IMG/VR virus record: IMGVR_UViG_3300044267_004589
Location: 1-24,634 of that record
Source of the DNA: a virus
Taxonomy: Duplodnaviria > Caudoviricetes
Length of the DNA stretch: 24,634 nt
Strand: one strand, 5' to 3'
Under the pieces are notes generated by a model, which saw only the letters and a program-made list of their open reading frames with translations, was not told the origin of the DNA and searched no databases. Both the position numbers and the translations under genes were made by a program. The number at the start of each line of letters is the position of its first letter. Position 1 is the first letter of the stretch. Shown piece after piece: positions 1-8,806 of the stretch.

Positions 1-10
1 GCACCACCCA

Positions 11-262
11 TTACTCATCACCCAAAGATTCCTCAAGAATACTAACTTTTTCTTGAAGAACCTGCATTTCGTTCTGCATCCTCCGTGCGTATCGTTTGAC
101 TTCGCGGAGATGCTGATTAGCAAGGGCAAGTCTATTTTTATCGGACATAGTTCGAGGTTTAAACTTAGAAATTAGTTCTTGGAGACCTAAGATGTAAGTA
201 AAGATATTTTTTTCACTAATTTCTTCGTTTAAAAAGTTTTTCCAGTCTGATTCTAAAGACAT
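11..262 (-). CDS. Hypothetical coiled-coil protein with W-x-x-F-L-x-E leader (MSLESDWKNFLNEE)
   Basis: ORF track 11..292; the ATG at 262 has CAGGAG upstream and starts the leader motif shared with neighbouring genes. Confidence 0.7.
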   Translation of the reverse strand: MSLESDWKNFLNEEISEKNIFTYILGLQELISKFKPRTMSDKNRLALANQHLREVKRYARRMQNEMQVLQEKVSILEESLGDE

Positions 263-367
263 GCCGTGCTCCTGTTGTTTTTGCAATAACAAAAGTTTGT
301 GAATAAACTTATTCCTAGATTTTCTAAGTTCAGCTCTTATCGCAACTTTTGTATTTGCCTTTCATTG

Positions 368-775
368 TTACTTACCTTTCTTTTGTGCAAATTGAATGGC
401 TTTCTTAAGAATTTCACGAATCTTGGCTTCAGTTAAACCCTTTCCGTGAGACTTTGTATGAGTCCGGGCTCTTTCGTCATCATGGCGGCCTTGTGCGTTA
501 GCTGGTGTTTTCCGTCCTTGGGAGCGTTCTTCCAGATCTTCCTCGGATTCTTCTACTGGCTCTTCTGATTCTTCGAGTTCTTCCTCAGCGGATTCCTCAA
601 CAGTTTCCCCAGCCGCCGCTTCAACTGCTTCTTCGGCAACTTCTTCTTCACCCTCTGTTTGTATCTGACCTTTTCCATCAAATTCCTCAAATTCTTGTAT
701 TGTGTTAAATTTAAAACCCCACGCTTCTGACAAAAGCGTTCCGATTTCCTTTTCTTTCCAGTCTTTCAATGACAT
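368..775 (-). CDS. Probable nested in-frame product (MSLKDWKEKE..., 135 aa, acidic)
   Basis: Internal ACTATTTA (807-814), AAAGGAG (784-790) and ATG (775) in frame within 368..1207. Confidence 0.5.
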   Translation of the reverse strand: MSLKDWKEKEIGTLLSEAWGFKFNTIQEFEEFDGKGQIQTEGEEEVAEEAVEAAAGETVEESAEEELEESEEPVEESEEDLEERSQGRKTPANAQGRHDDERARTHTKSHGKGLTEAKIREILKKAIQFAQKKGK

Positions 776-1207
776 CTTGTTATCTCCTTTTTGTAGATGT
801 TCGTAATAAATAGTCTCATTTTTCGCTTTAAGCATATCTTCAAAATCTCTTAAGCACATGCTACCAATCTTATTTGCTAATTCTTCTGCTTTACGCATAG
901 TTGGATCTTTTTGTGCATACCCGGGCCCAAGATATTCAGAGCCATCAAACATTCCATCGCAGTGCTGTTGATGATGTACTAATTCGTGCCCAAGTGAGCG
1001 TAAAATATCTTTTGGATGTCGACCAGAGATATATAAGTGTACTGATTTACTATCCGGCTCATAATGAGCTGTACGACCTAGCGGATTTTTCGCATTCTCC
1101 GAATCTCTTCTCAAAAACAGTCGCGGAGGGCTTGTAAAACCAATGTGTTTCTGCGCGAATGGCATAAACTGTTTAATCAAATCTTTTAAAATATCATCGC
1201 TGGGCAT
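368..1207 (-). CDS. Zincin-like metallopeptidase domain fused to an acidic low-complexity C-terminal region
   Basis: LRSLGHELVHHQQH (HExxH) with downstream EELAN; Glu-rich tail; ACTATTTA motif at 1233-1240 and TAAGGA RBS upstream. Confidence 0.7.
   Translation of the reverse strand: MPSDDILKDLIKQFMPFAQKHIGFTSPPRLFLRRDSENAKNPLGRTAHYEPDSKSVHLYISGRHPKDILRSLGHELVHHQQHCDGMFDGSEYLGPGYAQKDPTMRKAEELANKIGSMCLRDFEDMLKAKNETIYYEHLQKGDNKMSLKDWKEKEIGTLLSEAWGFKFNTIQEFEEFDGKGQIQTEGEEEVAEEAVEAAAGETVEESAEEELEESEEPVEESEEDLEERSQGRKTPANAQGRHDDERARTHTKSHGKGLTEAKIREILKKAIQFAQKKGK
807..814 (-). promoter_or_regulatory. CTATTTA putative late-promoter motif; other copies at 1233-1240, 1527-1533, 2620-2627, 5725-5732, 8835-8841, 10007-10013, 11602-11609, 13011-13018
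   Basis: TAAATAG on the + strand recurs 5-31 nt upstream of minus-strand start codons in the AT-rich part; the late-promoter role is inferred by analogy with single-element T4-type late promoters. Confidence 0.55.
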
Positions 1208-1252
1208 TATGACAAATCCTTAGCTTACTCAATAAATAGTTCTATTTTTGAG

Positions 1253-1519
1253 TCAGGAGTTGTTTTCTTTATTTGAACGTGAAACCAGCCGCAATGTAAA
1301 CGTAAAGAACTCAAGTTCTGTGCTCTGATCTTCTATGGGTAACACAGACGATACCGATACCATTCTATTGTCGCGGATCTGGTTATCAATCTTTACTAAT
1401 ATTCCAATATGATCGATCCAGTCATTTGTTTCTTCCGAATATTTAGACCAAGACACAATATCGCCAACTTGCAGCTTCTCAGCAACAGAGTGTCCGAATT
1501 CTTTTGTATTAGCGTTCAT
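1253..1519 (-). CDS. Small SH3/KOW-like beta-barrel protein (VGDLV family)
   Basis: LQVGDIVSW...HIGILVKI pattern; CCTATTTA 7 nt upstream. Confidence 0.65.
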   Translation of the reverse strand: MNANTKEFGHSVAEKLQVGDIVSWSKYSEETNDWIDHIGILVKIDNQIRDNRMVSVSSVLPIEDQSTELEFFTFTLRLVSRSNKENNS

Positions 1520-1544
1520 TTAGACATAAATAGGTCTATACGAG

Positions 1545-1697
1545 CTAAATCAAATGATGTGTATCTTTTAAATTTAAGCAAACTAAAATAGCCAATAATG
1601 TAGTTATAGTTATTTCATAACCAAAAAAACCATACATACACCAAGATGATATTATAATAAGCAAAGATTTCCAAAATGTTCCAAATGTAAAAAGCAT
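1545..1697 (-). CDS. Small membrane protein, 50 aa (MLFTFGTFWKSLLIIISSWCMYGFFGYEITITTLLAILVCLNLKDTHHLI)
   Basis: Hand-translated, below the ORF-track cutoff; TAATG overlap with upstream gene; two hydrophobic segments; fills the gap. Confidence 0.6.
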   Translation of the reverse strand: MLFTFGTFWKSLLIIISSWCMYGFFGYEITITTLLAILVCLNLKDTHHLI

Positions 1698-1984
1698 TAA
1701 TTAAATCCTAAATCAACAATTTCCTCTATTGGGACCGCCAAAAGATTGTTACCGTCATAAGTCAAAACTCTATCAAGTTCATCTAATTCATAATCCACAA
1801 CATAAACTTTTATTCCACAATTTACTTTGATATGTTTTCTCTTGCTAGGACAAAAATACCACCGATGGCCTTTGCATTCTATTTTTGATGGCTTAACTAA
1901 AAATTTATTCTTTGAAGTGACGTTACCGTCAAATTGTCTGATTATCTGTTTCAGCCTTTCTTCATCAAAATTTTCCCAAGCCAT
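1697..1984 (-). CDS. Hypothetical protein
   Basis: ORF track 1697..1996; ATG at 1984 directly follows the upstream stop. Confidence 0.65.
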   Translation of the reverse strand: MAWENFDEERLKQIIRQFDGNVTSKNKFLVKPSKIECKGHRWYFCPSKRKHIKVNCGIKVYVVDYELDELDRVLTYDGNNLLAVPIEEIVDLGFN

Positions 1985-1985
1985 A

Positions 1986-2237
1986 TTAAAAACCACAACT
2001 TAAATTTTTGAGACAACCCACTTCATGTTCGAGATTTCTCGCATAGATTGTTTCATTAAGTAAGTATTGGTTGTTTAGTTCTTCGAACAGCGGACTGCAA
2101 TTGTCCATGAAAAATAATTTATCATACCATATCCATTTTACAATAAAGTTGTCTTTTTGTGAATCAATAATAATGCCTAATTTTATATTTTTTTTTGTAA
2201 ATCGTAGTCCGACTAAATCACCTAAATTAAAATTCAT
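1986..2237 (-). CDS. Small SH3/KOW-like protein (VGDLV family)
   Basis: MNFNLGDLVGL...KLGIIID...FIVKW; alternative TTG start at 2273. Confidence 0.65.
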   Translation of the reverse strand: MNFNLGDLVGLRFTKKNIKLGIIIDSQKDNFIVKWIWYDKLFFMDNCSPLFEELNNQYLLNETIYARNLEHEVGCLKNLSCGF

Positions 2238-2275
2238 ATTTTTAAGTATAACATTCTGACTGGCAAATGTCAAAA

Positions 2276-2599
2276 TTAAAACATTTTTGAAACTGCAATT
2301 AGTGTCGCCATCAAAAATTGAACAACCATAAAAATGGTCATTGAGCGCGTTTTAAATTCTTTTAATTCTTCAATTTCTTGCAAAGCAGTTTTTATTTGTG
2401 GAGGCGAAGCGACGTCATCCATTTTATCCTTCCACGCTTTAATATCCTGTACTCGATCTTCTTTTGCTCTTAATTCTGTCAGTTGTTCTTTAACCATTTG
2501 AAGCTCGGTGCGTAAAGCCTCTATGCCGCTGGCCATTGTTTTAAGTTGTTGTAAAACTAATTTTGAATACGTATCCCAGCCATTATCTGAATCAGCCAT
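2276..2599 (-). CDS. Coiled-coil protein with C-terminal transmembrane helix (possibly holin-like)
   Basis: ATG 2599 with GGAGG RBS and ACTATTTA; heptad-like central part; hydrophobic end IFMVVQFLMATLIAV. Confidence 0.65.
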   Translation of the reverse strand: MADSDNGWDTYSKLVLQQLKTMASGIEALRTELQMVKEQLTELRAKEDRVQDIKAWKDKMDDVASPPQIKTALQEIEELKEFKTRSMTIFMVVQFLMATLIAVSKMF

Positions 2600-2651
2600 A
2601 ATATAGCCCTCCACGCTCTTAAATAGTAAAAGAAGAGGTATATCTTTTTCT

Positions 2652-3239
2652 TTAGGCTTCTCGGGGAGTATTTTCCGCAATATCTTCTGCGTACTTTACT
2701 TTTCTAGCCTTAATTTTAACTTCTGGATATACTTCAGATAAAGACTCCACCGCGTCGACATTTTTACCAGAGTCATCAAAGAAAAGAACATCTGTTGCCC
2801 CGGCTTCAATGCGTTCGGCTACCCACGCTGCTTTTGCTTGAGGATCAGAATCGCCTAAAAGCACAAATGTAATTTTGGAAGTGTCGAGTTCTAAGCTCTC
2901 CAAATATTTTCTTATAGCCTCTTCAGCTTCAGGCGCCCGGGCCGTTAATATCGCAATTTCTCGCCCTTCTGTTCCGGCATTAAGTGCGTTACGAACAATA
3001 TTTGTAATTTGTTTAATTTCTCTTGGGTTAATAACTTCGTCGAACTCAGAAAAGTCATATTCATAATCTGGATTAACTTTATGAGTGGCATATTGTCCCG
3101 GTGTCATAACTAATTCTCTACCAGTATCAGTGGTAATATAAATTTTGGAATCTGACTTTGCAATTGTATCATCAAAGTCAAAAACACGAAGTTTTGATTC
3201 GTTTATAAACTTTCGCCAATTTTCAAGTAGGAGTTTCAT
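2652..3239 (-). CDS. HAD-superfamily phosphatase with MKLLLENWRKFINE leader
   Basis: Motif I VFDFDDT, motif II ILTAR, motif IV FFDDS. Confidence 0.85.
   Translation of the reverse strand: MKLLLENWRKFINESKLRVFDFDDTIAKSDSKIYITTDTGRELVMTPGQYATHKVNPDYEYDFSEFDEVINPREIKQITNIVRNALNAGTEGREIAILTARAPEAEEAIRKYLESLELDTSKITFVLLGDSDPQAKAAWVAERIEAGATDVLFFDDSGKNVDAVESLSEVYPEVKIKARKVKYAEDIAENTPREA
3211..3239. repeat. 29-bp direct repeat encoding MKLLLENWRK; identical copy at 4146-4174, 24/29 copy at 5320-5348
   Basis: tttcgccaattttcaagtaggagtttcat is present identically at both positions. Confidence 0.9.
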
Positions 3240-4174
3240 GAAACAATCTCACATACAAAGTAAGTCCATATTCCCATGCCCATGCTGGTGCGATCTTTTT
3301 TTCTTACATTTACTATTCTTACTTGCTTTCCTAAGATAAACTCTTCTTCTTGGGGAAATCCGCTTAAATTTGAAATGTCAGTACCAAGCGCAGGGTTTTC
3401 TATGATAAATTGACAATATGGTCCTGCAGACATATTAAATTTATCAAAAGATTGTGCTACATCCTTACTAGCTGTCCAAGAAGAAATGGAGCTATTATTA
3501 AACACACTGCCCTCTTTTAAATTATCAACAACTTCTTGAGGTAAGCCCATGCCTCTATAAATTATTGCGGGGTTACTTAAATTATTTAAGACCCCCAATT
3601 GATTTAACACGTAATTAGCTATTGTATACAATTCTTTGGATGGCTTTAAAAGATATTGGGGAACTTTAATTCCAGATTTTACACGGTCTTTATATAAATC
3701 GCCCGGCTCTACAACATCATCGGGACTAACTCGACTGTCAACGTATTTTGCGTCTCCGTATCCGTGACCTTGAACTGGAGAGCCTAGGGTGTCGGCATCA
3801 GAGTCAGTGTATTTTTCAGGATTTCTTACTGATGCAACGTTGCCGGCAGTATACAAGAGAATAGAATTAATTACTGCTATTTCCCTAGGATCTTTTATTT
3901 TAGCCATGTCAATATTCATTTTGGCTTCAGATATTGCAATTTCACTTATATTTTTGTATTTTTCTATAAATGCTCGTAAGTATGATGGAGTTAGCTCGTT
4001 AACAATAGCAACAGGTGTAATTTGTGTATTATCTTCTGATATTTTATTAAAGGCTTTTGAGATTGGTCGACCAGAAGCGTGTGTTAAATTAAATATTTTA
4101 TCAAGATAAGCAGCTGCTTGCTGGCTTTTGTCTTCGACCAAATATTTTCGCCAATTTTCAAGTAGGAGTTTCAT
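3236..4174 (-). CDS. ADP-ribosyltransferase (R-S-E clade, VIP2/Alt-like) with MKLLLENWRKYLVE leader
   Basis: IIYRGM, SISSWTAS and QEEEFIL motifs; start moved to ATG 4174, where the shared leader begins. Confidence 0.8.
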   Translation of the reverse strand: MKLLLENWRKYLVEDKSQQAAAYLDKIFNLTHASGRPISKAFNKISEDNTQITPVAIVNELTPSYLRAFIEKYKNISEIAISEAKMNIDMAKIKDPREIAVINSILLYTAGNVASVRNPEKYTDSDADTLGSPVQGHGYGDAKYVDSRVSPDDVVEPGDLYKDRVKSGIKVPQYLLKPSKELYTIANYVLNQLGVLNNLSNPAIIYRGMGLPQEVVDNLKEGSVFNNSSISSWTASKDVAQSFDKFNMSAGPYCQFIIENPALGTDISNLSGFPQEEEFILGKQVRIVNVRKKDRTSMGMGIWTYFVCEIVS

Positions 4175-5348
4175 TTTTGTTTTTCGCCTCCGCATAACGA
4201 GTTGTCGGCGCCTGTTGTTGTCCAATTTTCTTGTCAAGAGAGGCAAACCTGTTGCTCGCATCAATTGCTTCTCTGGTTGCTGGGCATTTGAGCATTCTTA
4301 AGAATACAGTGTGTATCTTATACTCTTTAGCAGGAAATTTGGCATAGTCGACACCATATCTGGTAACTAGATTTTTATGATCACATAAAATATCTAAATC
4401 TTCCTTGGTAACGTTTCCGCCTAAGCGAGTTCTCAAGGCTTTAAAATCGGCATATAATTCTCCTAATTCATTCGACCACTGATTCAGAGTGAAATCACCC
4501 TCAAAACCACCTGAACGAGTCATATTATTCGGTAGATTAAATATTTTTCCTAACTCAGCTGTCGCGATGCTAGTTAAAATGAATTTGCCACCTGAAAACA
4601 TCTCCAAAGTACCTTCCATGAGGTGTTCAAATTCGTGAGTTAGCCCGACCATTCGCGATATCCCAGCTTGAGCTTTGAATTTTTCTTCATTATCCCATGG
4701 AAAATTAGAATTCAGTTGTAATTGAATTGGTCTGATCTGTCCATCGTCGTACTGACCAGTTGAAATTGATGCATAAGCATTTTTTGGCAGCGTGGACGGG
4801 TCCACGAATCCATATGGGAACTTTTTAATAAACTTGACTATGTTGGGATATAATGATTTCATGTAAGCGTCTGCGGCCGTTTTCTGATCACCATTAAAAA
4901 TTTTATCTGCGAACACTGCGACAATTCTAGAGCCGTCAGGATTTGTGGGCTTCCAATTCTCTAAAGATTTATCTTTAAGTGATTCGATCATTTGTATTAA
5001 TTCGCGGTTTTTAATTTTAGATAATTTAGCTGGTCCGGTCGGGGCATGGTCATGTTTATGTTTTTTCATTCCTGCCCGAGCTACGCTTGGGATCATCTGA
5101 CTAGCCGCTACTGCTCCGGCCGCAGTCGCCGCTTTTTTTAAAAATGAGCGTCTAGATAAATTCGGTTCTTGCTCAACCAATAATAACAAATCTTTTTGAG
5201 TGCCCCCTTCATTCAATATTTTGACAAATAATTCTTTTATTTGCTTAAAGGTCTCGTCATTGAATGTTTGCTCAGTTAATAAAGAATATCTACGAAGGTT
5301 ATCATCTTCTTTTAAATACTTCCGCCAATTTTCCATTAAAAGTTTCAT
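4158..5348 (-). CDS. Putative zinc metallopeptidase with MKLLMENWRKYLKE leader and an internal twin-arginine signal-like segment
   Basis: THEFEH (4623-4637) plus ELYA; SRRSFLKKAATAAGAVAASQMIPSVARA at residues 65-92. Confidence 0.65.
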   Translation of the reverse strand: MKLLMENWRKYLKEDDNLRRYSLLTEQTFNDETFKQIKELFVKILNEGGTQKDLLLLVEQEPNLSRRSFLKKAATAAGAVAASQMIPSVARAGMKKHKHDHAPTGPAKLSKIKNRELIQMIESLKDKSLENWKPTNPDGSRIVAVFADKIFNGDQKTAADAYMKSLYPNIVKFIKKFPYGFVDPSTLPKNAYASISTGQYDDGQIRPIQLQLNSNFPWDNEEKFKAQAGISRMVGLTHEFEHLMEGTLEMFSGGKFILTSIATAELGKIFNLPNNMTRSGGFEGDFTLNQWSNELGELYADFKALRTRLGGNVTKEDLDILCDHKNLVTRYGVDYAKFPAKEYKIHTVFLRMLKCPATREAIDASNRFASLDKKIGQQQAPTTRYAEAKNKNETPT

Positions 5349-5349
5349 T

Positions 5350-5475
5350 TTATTCTTGTCTTTGTTTTTTATCTTTATTTTTATTTTGTTTTATTTTTTG
5401 TTCTGTTCGAGTGGTATCGACAGACCATGTGTCCCATATTGAGTCATCATATTTAGGTTTTTGTTGTTCAGTCAT
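5350..5475 (-). CDS. Hypothetical 41-aa protein (MTEQQKPKYDDSIWDTWSV...)
   Basis: Hand-translated; fills the gap between 5348 and 5477 with 1-nt spacers. Confidence 0.5.
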   Translation of the reverse strand: MTEQQKPKYDDSIWDTWSVDTTRTEQKIKQNKNKDKKQRQE

Positions 5476-5476
5476 T

Positions 5477-5719
5477 TTAATTGTCGTAAATTTTATCATT
5501 AGTGTCGCGCACCATGCTTGTGGCCTGTAACATGTCTTCTTTATCTACTTGTTTAAGTATTAAATCGCCACTTTTTGGCTCATAATACATCCCGATCAAG
5601 TCGCCTTTTGATACATCCTTCATTTCCGCGTCAGTTATAGTTATTTTTCCACCACTTTTTTTAACAAGCATTGCTAAAACACTAAAAAGAAAATCTGGAT
5701 CTTGCATATATTTGCTCAT
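5477..5719 (-). CDS. Hypothetical protein
   Basis: ATGA overlap with upstream gene at 5716-5719. Confidence 0.7.
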   Translation of the reverse strand: MSKYMQDPDFLFSVLAMLVKKSGGKITITDAEMKDVSKGDLIGMYYEPKSGDLILKQVDKEDMLQATSMVRDTNDKIYDN

Positions 5720-8097
5720 GATTTTAAATAGTCCTTCCAAGTACTAACAATTGATTCGTTTGTTTGCATAAATGATGGCATGCGAGAATTGACGAACTGA
5801 GCCAATACTCTATTAAACACCACATTAAGGTTGTCTTCATCGTCCATCTCACCCTCTACAAGCTCTCTAAACAATCCAGTCATAATATCAGGTGCGTCAG
5901 CATTAATCGAGAATATAGCGGTAAATTTAGCCTCTCCAGTGTGTTCTATTGTTGTAGCATCCATTGACAAATAATACTCAGTGTTTTCTGTTTTTCTTGG
6001 TTCTTCAAGCAGTTGTTTTCTCAATTCAACTCTAAAGTCGCGAGAGTCAATAATCTGCATAAGTACTTCCATACTTAATCCTAAGTCTTCTGGGTCATAA
6101 TAGTGAGAGTACCGTGCTGTAGACTCATACGACTCAGTGTAATCTCCATCAGTTTGAAGATCCCACTCATAGGAAGTAAGTTCGCCATCTTCAATTTCTG
6201 TGGCCAGTTTAATATATGCAGCGCCTTCCATCTGTCCTTCGCGTTTAAAGTATTCAGTAAGAATTGCTTCCCAAGTATCTCGGGCATCATCAATTTTAGT
6301 ATCAATTTTATCAAGTGCCTCTTGATATTCAAAGGGCATTGCCATATATGAGTGTCCATAAATTTCTGGATGTTCAAAATTAATTTGAATAGTCAAGTGT
6401 ATCTCTTCTCTTATACGACGAATGACTGGCGTATCATGCTTCGAGGGAACAAAAATGTCACCATATTGATTACTTTCGTTTAATACATCGGCTGAATTCC
6501 AAACAACTTCTTCATCGTTGCCGGGAAGCCTTTTCCATTCATCAACCGACCACTTTGCAATAAAAGCAGCATAAGGTCTAATAGAGGCGCCATCCGCGCC
6601 ATCGTCATTGACTTCGTAATCAGAATATGTCTGAGCCATTTTGTTGTTGAACTCGTCCATTATTTGTTCACATTCTGCTCTATACATCTCAACAGGGTTT
6701 CGTACCATGTTTGCATCAAGATTATCTTCTGTCTCTTTATTCTGTTTCATCGAACCTTCAACTTCTACACCCGGACCAACAAGCTGTCGCATTAATGCTA
6801 AACGGCCTTCTTTGTTGGCAGTATCTTCATAGGACCCTCCAAATATCATAAATTTGCTCAGATCAATCATACCATCTTGTTTTGGCATATTTGCGATGAC
6901 TTCTTCTTGACTTGATCTCGCCCAATCAACAACGTTTTTTGTCAAACCGGGAATATCGATACCATAAACTTTTTTCTCAGGCATTCCAACGTCTTGTCCA
7001 TCATCCCAGCGTTTTGGGGGCTCATCTCCTTCGTAATACCTAACATGACGAACACGAATTCTAGAAACTGGCTCAATATCTCCAGTAAATGCGCGTTTAT
7101 CGTCATAAAATATCTCACCTTCTTGAATTTCTTGCTCTGCGCTGTCTATATTGCCCGTATTTGTGGCTGAGAGCAGGTCTTCTGTCTGTACCACGTATGC
7201 TACCGCTCCGTGACCCTGTGCCTCGGCTACAGCGCACTTATAATAGGATTGATAGGCGCTTGCACGGCTAGGTGGAGAGTGACAAGAGGTAATCGTGTCA
7301 AAATCACTCATTCTAAGCACATCTATCGGATGTCTAGTAATAATAATCGAATATTTGTCATTATCAGTTCTATTAATCTCTTTTTTGATGAATCCGGCGT
7401 TCTTTTTCCAATATTCGCCGTGTTCAGTGGCTAAATCAGTCAAATTATAGCCTGCAGGTCCCGCAACTCCCGGATTTACGACATATAAGTAAATTTGAGA
7501 GTTAATTCTTTCAAAATTCTCCAATTCCTTCTCATCGAGCGCCGCCCTGAGCATTTTCTTGGTAACGCGATGCGGTTTGTTGACGCCTCCGCCATCTGGC
7601 AACATATAGTTAATATCCGCCATGTGTTTATAGACTTTTTGGTATAATGCGTCTTTTCTTCGGCTTAAGTCAGCTAATTTAGAGAAAAGTTTGCCGATTT
7701 TCATCTGAATCTTCTTAATTTTAGGCTTTTCACGCCCACCCATGGTCATGTTGACGAGATCATCCAACAAATCGTCTGCAGAGCGCAGATCACGGGCGGC
7801 GTAAGCCATACCTTTCTCCCAATCTACGTCATATTCTTGAGATCTGAAGAATTCTACGAACTTTCCAAGCTCTGAAGTCGGATCAGTGGTCGGAAATGGT
7901 ATAACAACACGCATTTTACCGCTAAAAAGGTCATTTAGAGGCAATTTTGCTGGTTCTAAGTCATCAAGCACGCGCTCAAGCGCAACCATTTCGTCTTCGT
8001 CGATTTCTCGAAGCAATTTTTCGGGTTTTTGTTCGGAAATATTAAAATTTTCCAATAATTGTGCTGTTTTTAACAGGATTTGTTCATCATTTAGCAT
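5716..8097 (-). CDS. Large acidic hypothetical protein, 793 aa
   Basis: Long ORF; N-terminal LLE/ISE/LRE sites, RHPIDVLRMSD-x4-SCH segment, C-terminal STWKDYLKS resembling the leader motif. Confidence 0.85.
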   Translation of the reverse strand: MLNDEQILLKTAQLLENFNISEQKPEKLLREIDEDEMVALERVLDDLEPAKLPLNDLFSGKMRVVIPFPTTDPTSELGKFVEFFRSQEYDVDWEKGMAYAARDLRSADDLLDDLVNMTMGGREKPKIKKIQMKIGKLFSKLADLSRRKDALYQKVYKHMADINYMLPDGGGVNKPHRVTKKMLRAALDEKELENFERINSQIYLYVVNPGVAGPAGYNLTDLATEHGEYWKKNAGFIKKEINRTDNDKYSIIITRHPIDVLRMSDFDTITSCHSPPSRASAYQSYYKCAVAEAQGHGAVAYVVQTEDLLSATNTGNIDSAEQEIQEGEIFYDDKRAFTGDIEPVSRIRVRHVRYYEGDEPPKRWDDGQDVGMPEKKVYGIDIPGLTKNVVDWARSSQEEVIANMPKQDGMIDLSKFMIFGGSYEDTANKEGRLALMRQLVGPGVEVEGSMKQNKETEDNLDANMVRNPVEMYRAECEQIMDEFNNKMAQTYSDYEVNDDGADGASIRPYAAFIAKWSVDEWKRLPGNDEEVVWNSADVLNESNQYGDIFVPSKHDTPVIRRIREEIHLTIQINFEHPEIYGHSYMAMPFEYQEALDKIDTKIDDARDTWEAILTEYFKREGQMEGAAYIKLATEIEDGELTSYEWDLQTDGDYTESYESTARYSHYYDPEDLGLSMEVLMQIIDSRDFRVELRKQLLEEPRKTENTEYYLSMDATTIEHTGEAKFTAIFSINADAPDIMTGLFRELVEGEMDDEDNLNVVFNRVLAQFVNSRMPSFMQTNESIVSTWKDYLKS

Positions 8098-8101
8098 TTT
8101 T

Positions 8102-8806
8102 TTACTCTTTCATTGATTTAGAACCACGACATTTCCATTTTTTGCGAGATAATGCATTGGCACATGGAGGGTTTTTGCACTTTTTAATCTTTGCTGAGCG
8201 CGCACAGTATGCATCACCCTTCTTTGTACCGGGCCTGATGCGATCTCCACCGTCTTTTGCCTTTCCAGATTGACCATATGACCGGCATCTACCGTTTACA
8301 CGCTTCACGTAACGTTTTCCTTTGGCTTTTTTACAAGGTTTTTTCTTTTTCTTCTTTTTTTTTTCGTCTAAATCGTTTAAAACTGCTTCAACTTCTTCAC
8401 CAATGATATCATAAAGGTCTTGTTGTTCTTTGGTGATTTTTTTCCATGCTTTTTTAGATGGTCTATCTTCTGCACAATCTCCTGTTTTGGGCTTTCCTTT
8501 GCATCTTTTTTGTTTAGCGCGCATATTATCAAAAAAGTTGCCACCTTCTTCAAGTTCATCTTCTTTAATATTCTCCTGTACGCCATAGGTTTTACAGGGG
8601 TCTTGTCCACATCCGCAATTCTTTTTTTCACCCTCTTTTAAATCACTGTTATCAGTCTCATCAAGTATTTGTTGTATACGTTTCGCTTGAGTAGCATGCA
8701 TTTTGGATGCATTCTCCAGTTCTCCAACAATATCTTTTAATTCTTCTTCTTGTTCTTTTGTGTGTGATTCTAAGAATAGTCGCCAATTATTGTGAATTTT
8801 ATTCAT
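8102..8806 (-). CDS. Hypothetical protein, acidic N-half and Lys/Cys-rich C-half (GDAYCARS...WKC); possible internal head protein
   Basis: MNKIHNNWRLFLE leader; GGAG RBS and CTATTTA upstream. Confidence 0.75.
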   Translation of the reverse strand: MNKIHNNWRLFLESHTKEQEEELKDIVGELENASKMHATQAKRIQQILDETDNSDLKEGEKKNCGCGQDPCKTYGVQENIKEDELEEGGNFFDNMRAKQKRCKGKPKTGDCAEDRPSKKAWKKITKEQQDLYDIIGEEVEAVLNDLDEKKKKKKKKPCKKAKGKRYVKRVNGRCRSYGQSGKAKDGGDRIRPGTKKGDAYCARSAKIKKCKNPPCANALSRKKWKCRGSKSMKE

